From: a virus
Taxonomy: Duplodnaviria > Caudoviricetes
DNA: 32,056 nucleotides
Direction: 5' to 3' (one strand)
Virus record (IMG/VR): IMGVR_UViG_3300038520_000078
Coordinates: 1 to 32,056 of that record
Numbering within the stretch: position 1 is the first letter of the stretch; every line of letters begins with the position of its first letter. Both the position numbers and the translations under genes were made by a program. Shown here piece after piece: positions 25,968-32,056 of this stretch. The notes under the pieces are model-generated. The model was given only the letters and a program-made list of their open reading frames with translations, did not search any database and was not told the DNA's origin.

Positions 25968-26518
25968 TATGCTAATATCTCCGTAGCCATAAAAGATGTT
26001 GGAAATCTATAATGGTCTGCATTACCTTTTCTACCAATATATCCAGTAGAGGCATTAACTCTACATTGTATTTTATAAGTTATTTGTGAAGTTGTACTAG
26101 GCTCGTCCATTAAATTCATAGATAAATTTACTAATTCATAAGAACCTGATACTGATGCAATACCAAATCCATCATATACACCACCACCTGAACCTGATCC
26201 TACTTCTGTGCTATCTCTCAGTAACCTAGTAACAATAATATCTGTACCACCTGAATTAGATCCAAATGCTCTAAAGTCTATTAAAATTTTAGAATCTGAA
26301 GCAGTTGGTGTGATATTTAAAGTTACGTCAGTTAAGTCTACAAAAGAACTTGTGCTTGTTGTTGAAAAAGTATTTGTTTTTCTAACAACAACTATTTGAC
26401 CTACTTTACTTAATTTATTAGTAACACCTGAAGCTGCCTGCAATGTATCACCACTAGCACCTAACGTTAAGCTAGTGCCTGATTGTGGTTCTAAGTTATC
26501 TACAAATACTGTTCCCAT
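25967..26518 (-). CDS. Short fibre/receptor-binding-like head (KVGQI family)
   Basis: QSGTSLTLGASGDT, KVGQI, ITPTASDSKILI, PSTTSQITYKIQ, ATEILA. Confidence 0.65.
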   Translation of the reverse strand: MGTVFVDNLEPQSGTSLTLGASGDTLQAASGVTNKLSKVGQIVVVRKTNTFSTTSTSSFVDLTDVTLNITPTASDSKILIDFRAFGSNSGGTDIIVTRLLRDSTEVGSGSGGGVYDGFGIASVSGSYELVNLSMNLMDEPSTTSQITYKIQCRVNASTGYIGRKGNADHYRFPTSFMATEILA

Positions 26519-27066
26519 TATGCTCCTATAACCTTATATGCTCCAAAAATACTTTGTGGAGAGTCAGATTCAAACACACCATCACTACCGCCATGTTTTT
26601 CTAAATACGCATAAATCTCTACATAATCAGATGAGCCATTCATGTCTACTGTAGATTGAATACTTAGTGGACTAGCTAACATATTATTACTATCCATTGT
26701 TCCCTCACAAACAGAGAAAAGACTTCCGTTTTTATAAATAGCTAATCTATGACTATATATTGTATAACCCGGTAGTTTTAAAGTGGCTCTACCATATACA
26801 AAATATTTCCCTGCTGTTGTTGGTGTAAATCTATTTGAAGCAAAATTGTTGTCTGTATCAAATCTTTCAGTGTCAACTTGCATTTTTGTCCAAGTAGCAT
26901 TACTTATGCTTTCATCACCATTATTATATGCTTCAAAAGCCGGAGTCATTGCTGCTAATGTTTGAGAGGCTCCACTGGCTAAGGCAATTGTGTCACCACT
27001 TTCACCAAGAGTTACTGTAGAGCTACCTGAAATTGGTTTTATTGTATTTACTTCAAGTGTACTCAT
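26518..27066 (-). CDS. Short fibre head with C1q/TNF-like C-domain
   Basis: TLEVNTI..TLGESGDT N-module, then TPAFEAY...FDTD...RFTPTTAGKYF...IYKNGS...DYVEIY...FGAYKV. Confidence 0.7.
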   Translation of the reverse strand: MSTLEVNTIKPISGSSTVTLGESGDTIALASGASQTLAAMTPAFEAYNNGDESISNATWTKMQVDTERFDTDNNFASNRFTPTTAGKYFVYGRATLKLPGYTIYSHRLAIYKNGSLFSVCEGTMDSNNMLASPLSIQSTVDMNGSSDYVEIYAYLEKHGGSDGVFESDSPQSIFGAYKVIGA

Positions 27067-27503
27067 ACTACTGTAAGATTACCTTCCACTGTAATAGTAC
27101 CTGTAAATGTTACAGGTCCTGCTAAGAATGCGTTATCGGTTGATGCTACTGTAGTTGTAGCAGTTATGGTTTGTAAGTTTTCATATACACCATTGAACGA
27201 TGTCATCATACTAGGTTGAATACTGTTTGCACCTGGTGTGTTTTGATCAGTTATAATACCATTTAAAAAAATAATAAAACAAGAATCAGAAGATGCTAAA
27301 GCTGTTGTAAAAGTAATTTGTGCTGCATTTACTGTATAATCAGTTGTAGGTTTTTGACGAACTCCGTTTCTTAAAACTGCTATATCTTCTGGTACAGCTA
27401 CACTTTTTGTTAAAGCATATGCAGTAGAACCATCTCCTGTTAGTGTTTGAACTGATGTTGTTGTTGTAAAATCTTTTGTTACTGGATTTCCTAAGTAGCC
27501 CAT
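27063..27503 (-). CDS. Virion/tail protein, MGYLGNP paralog 1
   Basis: GGAG RBS, RNGVRQKPTTDY motif, C-terminal NAFLAGPVTFTGTITVEGNLTVV. Confidence 0.72.
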   Translation of the reverse strand: MGYLGNPVTKDFTTTTSVQTLTGDGSTAYALTKSVAVPEDIAVLRNGVRQKPTTDYTVNAAQITFTTALASSDSCFIIFLNGIITDQNTPGANSIQPSMMTSFNGVYENLQTITATTTVASTDNAFLAGPVTFTGTITVEGNLTVV

Positions 27504-27511
27504 ACTATCTC

Positions 27512-27868
27512 CTACGTGCTTGCTGAATCAACTAAAGATACCCAACCATGTAAGCTAGAAGCTGTATCGCTTTGAACTTTTAAAACATCACCACTTTGTA
27601 ACACAATTCTAGAACCACCATCTATTAACTCTACTCCACCGCCTGCTGCGATAGGATATTGATAAGCTAAAAATGAATCAGCAGATCCACCACTAGCTGT
27701 ACTTGTAATATAAACATTTGCTTTTATCGTAGCGTTAGTTATATTAGTTAGTCTAATTCCTATAATAGTATCATCTGAGTTAGATGTTAAAACTGTTCTA
27801 GCTGTCGTACCGATCGCAATATTTCCTGATGAATTATAAGGTATTTTTCTTTCAAAATCTTGTGCCAT
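27512..27868 (-). CDS. Small virion structural protein (beta-rich)
   Basis: GAGG RBS, IIGIRLTN and IVLQSGDVLKVQSDTASSL motifs. Confidence 0.65.
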   Translation of the reverse strand: MAQDFERKIPYNSSGNIAIGTTARTVLTSNSDDTIIGIRLTNITNATIKANVYITSTASGGSADSFLAYQYPIAAGGGVELIDGGSRIVLQSGDVLKVQSDTASSLHGWVSLVDSAST

Positions 27869-27879
27869 TATTTCCTCAT

Positions 27880-28260
27880 TTATAGCATTAATGCCATTTT
27901 AGTAGCAAAAGCCGGAGAAGCTGCTCCTACAGCATCGCCGTTATTATCAATGTATATTGTTTTAGAAGCAGGTAAAGTACAAAATACAGTTTTAGTTCCT
28001 GCTCCGAAATCTACAGCACTATCAGAATTTGAACTACTAATTATCGTATCTCTCGATAATGTATCAGGACTAGCGTCAGTAACTGTTCCTATACCTACCT
28101 CAAATGCTGAATCACTTACGATAGCGTAATAGGTATTGTTACTATTACCTATTCCTGATACAAAAGATTCAAAACCTGAAACAGCTCCGGCTAAGTTTAC
28201 AGTGCCAGTTCCTGTCGTGGTTGTTTCTTCCTTTACTCTATCGTTTACTACAAATGCCAA
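27880..28260 (-). CDS. Tail-associated structural protein
   Basis: TTG start with GGAG RBS, DRVKEETTTTGTG and FEVGIGT...LSR..IISSSN motifs. Confidence 0.68.
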   Translation of the reverse strand: MAFVVNDRVKEETTTTGTGTVNLAGAVSGFESFVSGIGNSNNTYYAIVSDSAFEVGIGTVTDASPDTLSRDTIISSSNSDSAVDFGAGTKTVFCTLPASKTIYIDNNGDAVGAASPAFATKMALML

Positions 28261-28269
28261 TTAAAACTC

Positions 28270-28689
28270 CTATGCGATTCTAATTAAAGCATTACTAGCA
28301 TCAGCAGTAGGAAATTGTATTTCAAAAGTTCCGTTTGAAGATGATTTATCACTACCAAAATCTAATACGCAAATAGCTGAATTAGAATTTGAGCTATTAT
28401 AAATCAATGCTCCTCTTGCTGTAATTGTAGCACTAGTGAACGATACGTTTGCTGCATCGAAGATCGCTGTAGTTCCGTCAGTGCTAACAGATACGCTAGA
28501 TAGTGTTGCGCCACCTGCTGAATAACCTGTACCAGATACTTCATTCGATGTAGAGTAAGCAGTTGTTGCTGCTCCTAGTGATGCTGAACTTGTATATAAA
28601 GCTAACTTTAATGTGTCAGAAGTTAAATTTCTTCCTGCGTTCATTAAGTCCTCTTTAAATACAGTGCAGAGTGCTTGTGTTATTGCCAT
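28270..28689 (-). CDS. Virion structural (minor tail) protein
   Basis: GGAGG RBS, KLALYT, NEVSGTGYSAGG, ITARGALIYN and LDFGSDKSS motifs. Confidence 0.7.
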   Translation of the reverse strand: MAITQALCTVFKEDLMNAGRNLTSDTLKLALYTSSASLGAATTAYSTSNEVSGTGYSAGGATLSSVSVSTDGTTAIFDAANVSFTSATITARGALIYNSSNSNSAICVLDFGSDKSSSNGTFEIQFPTADASNALIRIA

Positions 28690-28700
28690 GTCTTACCTCC

Positions 28701-29354
28701 TTATTGGCTTCCTGTTAAGGTATCCGTACCAGCCGGACTAGCAGGAAATTCGTAGTCAGTTCGTCTTCTTCTCCTAGATTGATTATTTAATCCAAGAACA
28801 ATTTCCTGATATCTTTTATCGTATAACGCATAATCTTCCATATTTTTTGTAAATATAGAAGCCTCTGATAAACAACCATATAGTAAAGCATCATCTGCGT
28901 AAGTAGTTAACCAGTTAGTTGTATTACTTGCTGAAAGAGTTGTTATGCGTGCTATGTATTGCATTTCTACTCTATAATTAGAATTAGGAGTAGGAGCAAT
29001 TAAAGTTGAGTCATCGTCAAAATTTGCAAAGAATTTAGGCACTCCTGTTTGCGTAGCATCAGGCCAAAATTCATATATAAATTCATCAGTTTTCATTTCA
29101 AGGAAGATTCTATCATCTCCGTTTTGTATTAAAAGGTTTTTTATAATTAAAAGATCTGTAGGGTTATTCATAAATCTATTGCCACTAGTTAGGGTACTAA
29201 AAACGTTAAAAGTAAACGCTTCAGGATCTATTTCTCTTAGTAATCGTTGTTCTGTATTATTTATAAAAGTGTCTAATTGATTAGTGAAATCAGTACCAGT
29301 ATTCTGCATCCAAGTTTGAATATCTGTTTTTAGATCTGAATATGTAGTTGCCAT
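28701..29354 (-). CDS. Head-tail adaptor / tail tubular protein A-like
   Basis: TYSDLKTDI...FINNTEQRL, GVPKFFA, APTPNSNY, NWL...ALLYGCL.EA. Confidence 0.7.
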   Translation of the reverse strand: MATTYSDLKTDIQTWMQNTGTDFTNQLDTFINNTEQRLLREIDPEAFTFNVFSTLTSGNRFMNNPTDLLIIKNLLIQNGDDRIFLEMKTDEFIYEFWPDATQTGVPKFFANFDDDSTLIAPTPNSNYRVEMQYIARITTLSASNTTNWLTTYADDALLYGCLSEASIFTKNMEDYALYDKRYQEIVLGLNNQSRRRRRTDYEFPASPAGTDTLTGSQ

Positions 29355-30136
29355 TATTTTATACTATCAGCTTTTGCAAATTTATGCGATACATTTCCTC
29401 TAAATGCATATGTACCAAAATGAGTTAAAGGACTTTCTATTTCGGAGTATATTTTACCCCCTATTTTTTGCCATCTACGGCAGAAAGTATAGTCTTCACT
29501 TAAATATCTTTTACTATCTGGATCTATCATACAATCGAAAAAAGAATAACACCAGTCGCTTGAATAAGGTTTATTATTAATAATTTGATCTGATTTATAT
29601 TTTAGCTCTGGATAAGCTTCTCTCATTTTTACAAATACATCTTTTTTAATTAACATGAAACCAGTTGCAGCATCTAATACTTCTACAAATCCATCTTCCA
29701 TTGATATATTATAAGGATCTGCAAAGTTTAAATTATATCCTAATAATTTCTGTTCTATTGAATCTGTGTTTCCTTTCTTTAAATAATAGTCAAGGTTTTG
29801 CCATTCAATAGTTTTTCTAGGATATATCGCACTTACAACTTCCTTATTATAATTTAATAATTTAGTAACTAACTGAGGCTGAAATGCAATATCAGCATCT
29901 ACAAATAATAAATGGGTACACTGCTCACTATCCATAAACTGAGAAACCATAGTGTTTCTTCCTCTAGTTATAAGACTTTCATTACCCATTGTATTTATAT
30001 GAACTTTATATTGATTATTCCTAGCTTCTTGTAATAATTTTACAACGCTATGAAAGTAAGCTTCGTGCATTACTCCACCATAACATGGCGTACATAACAT
30101 AATATAAGGTTTATTAACTAATGACGACTGAGACAT
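29354..30136 (-). CDS. GT-A fold glycosyltransferase
   Basis: TPCYGG, ESLITRGRN, DxD motif FVDADI, ATGFMLI, LSEDYTFC. Confidence 0.82.
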   Translation of the reverse strand: MSQSSLVNKPYIMLCTPCYGGVMHEAYFHSVVKLLQEARNNQYKVHINTMGNESLITRGRNTMVSQFMDSEQCTHLLFVDADIAFQPQLVTKLLNYNKEVVSAIYPRKTIEWQNLDYYLKKGNTDSIEQKLLGYNLNFADPYNISMEDGFVEVLDAATGFMLIKKDVFVKMREAYPELKYKSDQIINNKPYSSDWCYSFFDCMIDPDSKRYLSEDYTFCRRWQKIGGKIYSEIESPLTHFGTYAFRGNVSHKFAKADSIK

Positions 30137-30491
30137 TTCCTAACTCCAATCCGATAGAATTCCCTGTAGCTACTGCTACGTTTTCTCCTGTGTCTCCAAA
30201 CGTGCCAGGGAATATTACTGATATTTGATTTGGAACACCTCCTGTAGCTGAAAGAGGTGCTTGTGGTCTAGCATTTTTTAAAGCTTCTGGATCGTTAAAT
30301 ACAATAGGAGTTAGTTGAGGATGTTTAGATTCATACTCGCTTGTATGAACTAATAATCCATTCCATTCACGAACCATTTCTCTATATGGATATTCTAAAC
30401 CTGAACGATCTGAAATAGCCCTAGCATACTTACCTTTCGCAAAAGGAAAAGAAGGTGCTTTTACAGGTTTACGTCTATTATCAAAAACCAC
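30114..30491 (-). CDS. Conserved phage hypothetical protein
   Basis: GKYARAISDRSG, EWNGLLVH, KHPQL and DPEALKNARP motifs, located in the head-completion region. Confidence 0.7.
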   Translation of the reverse strand: MVFDNRRKPVKAPSFPFAKGKYARAISDRSGLEYPYREMVREWNGLLVHTSEYESKHPQLTPIVFNDPEALKNARPQAPLSATGGVPNQISVIFPGTFGDTGENVAVATGNSIGLELGNVSVVIS

Positions 30492-31164
30492 TTCTATAAC
30501 CTGGAACTATTCTAAATGTTTCATTTAAATCAGCGTCTTTTGCTCTAGTAAAAGCAGTTTCATATTCAGCTTTTAAAAAAGATATTTTAGTTAAATCTAC
30601 TCCTGCTCTTTTCATTCCCATATAATAAGCTAATCCTGCTACCATACATTCATAAAATCTAAAAGGAATATCTATATCTTGTTCAGCACCACTAGAACTT
30701 AAAGCTGTAACATCTTGTATTTTTCTTATTCTCCAATATGTAACTGTATCTGTAGCGTTTTCTGGAGCAGGATAAAAAAATAAAACAGGGATTTTATCTT
30801 TCTGTAAATAATATTGAGTAACTCTACCAGTTGTATCTTTATTAGGATATGCGTTATAATCAGTTAAACTAATTCTTTGAACACTAAAATCTGTGTTATC
30901 TCTAGTTACATAAAGATCTATTATATCAACAGTATCTCTATCTAATGTATATGAAGCTGTGTTAGCAGTTAGAGATAAAGTTTTCTTTTCTAAAGTCCAC
31001 TGATTAACTCCTCGATTAGCCCAATCGGCAAACATAACATTAAGACTACGTTTCGCTGAACGTATATCATAACCTAATATAGGGTTACCTCCGATACGAT
31101 CTAAAGCTTCTTCTATCGCATCAGTAACTGTTAGGTTAAAAGTAGCTGTTCCTGATGTAGCCAT
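30481..31164 (-). CDS. Second head-tail adaptor-like protein
   Basis: IEEA...RSAKRSLN..WANRG, PNK.TTGR.TQY, YPAP, PFRFYECMVAGLAYY. Confidence 0.65.
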   Translation of the reverse strand: MATSGTATFNLTVTDAIEEALDRIGGNPILGYDIRSAKRSLNVMFADWANRGVNQWTLEKKTLSLTANTASYTLDRDTVDIIDLYVTRDNTDFSVQRISLTDYNAYPNKDTTGRVTQYYLQKDKIPVLFFYPAPENATDTVTYWRIRKIQDVTALSSSGAEQDIDIPFRFYECMVAGLAYYMGMKRAGVDLTKISFLKAEYETAFTRAKDADLNETFRIVPGYRSGF

Positions 31165-31451
31165 TACGCCATAAATACTGTTATCGCTGAAACACCTGCA
31201 GTTAAGTTTACAGCAACATTAGTTTTACATTTTAAACCTTCAGATGGTAAAGAAATCTGAACTGGTCCCGATGCTGCACTTGCTGCTGTAGCTAACGTAA
31301 AGAGTGTTGAACTACCATCTTTGAATGTAACAGTGCCAGCACTTCCTGTAGGAGTTACAATAAATCCTTTTATTCTTGCTGGGCCAGCGAATAAAGTAAC
31401 ATCGCTTCCTGTTGTAGTAGTGCTATTAGCGAAAATATCTGAACTAGACAT
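31164..31451 (-). CDS. Small virion structural protein (95 aa)
   Basis: GGAGG RBS, beta-rich, motif GPARIKG. Confidence 0.6.
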   Translation of the reverse strand: MSSSDIFANSTTTTGSDVTLFAGPARIKGFIVTPTGSAGTVTFKDGSSTLFTLATAASAASGPVQISLPSEGLKCKTNVAVNLTAGVSAITVFMA

Positions 31452-31881
31452 TTACACCTCCTTGTAAAAGTTTTCTTAAAGATTGAATTTGTGAATTAAT
31501 ATCACCTAAAGCACTTTTTTGAACAAGATTCAAAGGAGTGAATAAGGGACTAGCTGATCTAGCAGCTGACGCTGCAGCTAGTGGACCAAATGCTCCCATA
31601 GATTTAGGGTTTCCTACTAAATCTTTTCCTTTATAAACTTTAGATGTAGTTTTAGATGTTTTACTTAATTTATCTAAATTATCTTTTAATTTTTTTAAAG
31701 TATCTTCATTGTCAGGAACTGGTGGTGGAGTATCTTTATCTTCAACTACAGTTTCTGCCTCTTCTTCATCATCTTTTTTTGTTATTTTATCTAACATACT
31801 ATCAAGACTTTCTTGTATATCTTCCATGATATCCGTAACATCTTCTTTCTTATTTTTAAAATACTCTGTAATTGTGCTCAT
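31444..31881 (-). CDS. Hypothetical protein, acidic N-half and basic C-half
   Basis: Open frame downstream of the terminator, overlapping the next gene, low complexity. Confidence 0.6.
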   Translation of the reverse strand: MSTITEYFKNKKEDVTDIMEDIQESLDSMLDKITKKDDEEEAETVVEDKDTPPPVPDNEDTLKKLKDNLDKLSKTSKTTSKVYKGKDLVGNPKSMGAFGPLAAASAARSASPLFTPLNLVQKSALGDINSQIQSLRKLLQGGVNV

Positions 31882-31895
31882 ATTAAATCACTATA

Positions 31896-31924
31896 TACAA
31901 ATAAAAGGGCCTTTGAAAGGCCCT
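31896..31924 (-). terminator. Rho-independent terminator
   Basis: Inverted repeat AGGGCCTTT-N-AAAGGCCCT (31906..31924) followed on the minus strand by TTTATTTG, starting 7 nt after the stop at 31932. Confidence 0.85.
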
Positions 31925-31931
31925 ATTTATA

Positions 31932-32056
31932 TTAAGATAAGTTATTATTTTGAATATACAATACAGTTACAGTAGCTGCACCAGTAGTACCATCGTCACT
32001 ACCACCAGCGAAATCTGCTAAAACTTGTATATCTGTAGTTCCTACATTAGTAGCTT
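31932..32056 (-). CDS. C-terminal fragment of a probable capsid-associated (decoration) protein
   Basis: ...ATNVGTTDIQVLADFAGGSDDGTTGAATVTVLYIQNNNLS*. Followed by a terminator, as is typical of highly expressed head genes. Function is inferred. Confidence 0.55.
   Translation of the reverse strand, partial: ATNVGTTDIQVLADFAGGSDDGTTGAATVTVLYIQNNNLS

Noticed and set aside
21335-27066. Diversity-generating retroelement or invertase shufflon behind the head array
   Set aside because: No reverse transcriptase or recombinase in the window, no ~100-bp TR/VR pair differing at adenines seen, no inverted crossover sites, and all cassettes are complete co-oriented genes.
1887-31975. Short plus-strand ORFs in the track (1887, 2373, 8276, 8305, 9356, 12989, 19747, 22409, 23785, 25193, 26208, 26783, 27860, 31709)
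   Set aside because: All lie antisense to well-supported minus-strand genes, have shadow-like composition and show no recognisable motifs.
1-32056. Stop-codon reassignment, tRNA genes, integrase/att site or introns
   Set aside because: Genes tile the window in the standard code with minimal gaps, leaving no room for RNA genes, and no recombinase or split gene was seen.

Overview
AT-rich, densely packed fragment of a tailed dsDNA phage, most likely a short-tailed (podovirus-like) marine phage. The low GC and gene families are compatible with a SAR11-like host, but that is inference. Almost all genes are on the minus strand, many coupled by TAATG/ATGA overlaps. In minus-strand reading order (right to left) the window has: the end of a probable capsid-associated gene and a terminator; two adaptor-like proteins flanking a GT-A glycosyltransferase; small virion proteins; a ~6.5 kb modular array of eight short receptor-binding-like heads, two paralogous 'MGYLGNP' proteins and three chaperone-like ORFs; a repeat protein with an inserted cupredoxin-like domain; a tail fibre with HxH motifs; tail nozzle, GNAT and three ejection-protein candidates; a PD-(D/E)XK nuclease, lysozyme and holin; a four-gene exported/membrane cassette of unknown function; a lone plus-strand SNF2 helicase; and a replication operon (SSB-like protein, AEP primase, DEDDh exonuclease, start of an NDP-sugar epimerase). 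The ORF track missed two small genes: a 51-aa, 10-Cys metallothionein-like peptide (987..1142) and a 42-aa basic peptide (862..990). The best leads are the mix-and-match head array, the four-gene envelope cassette beside the lysis genes, and a recurring metal-binding theme. I saw no tRNA, CRISPR array, integrase or reverse transcriptase. All family calls come from motif recognition by eye, not database searches.
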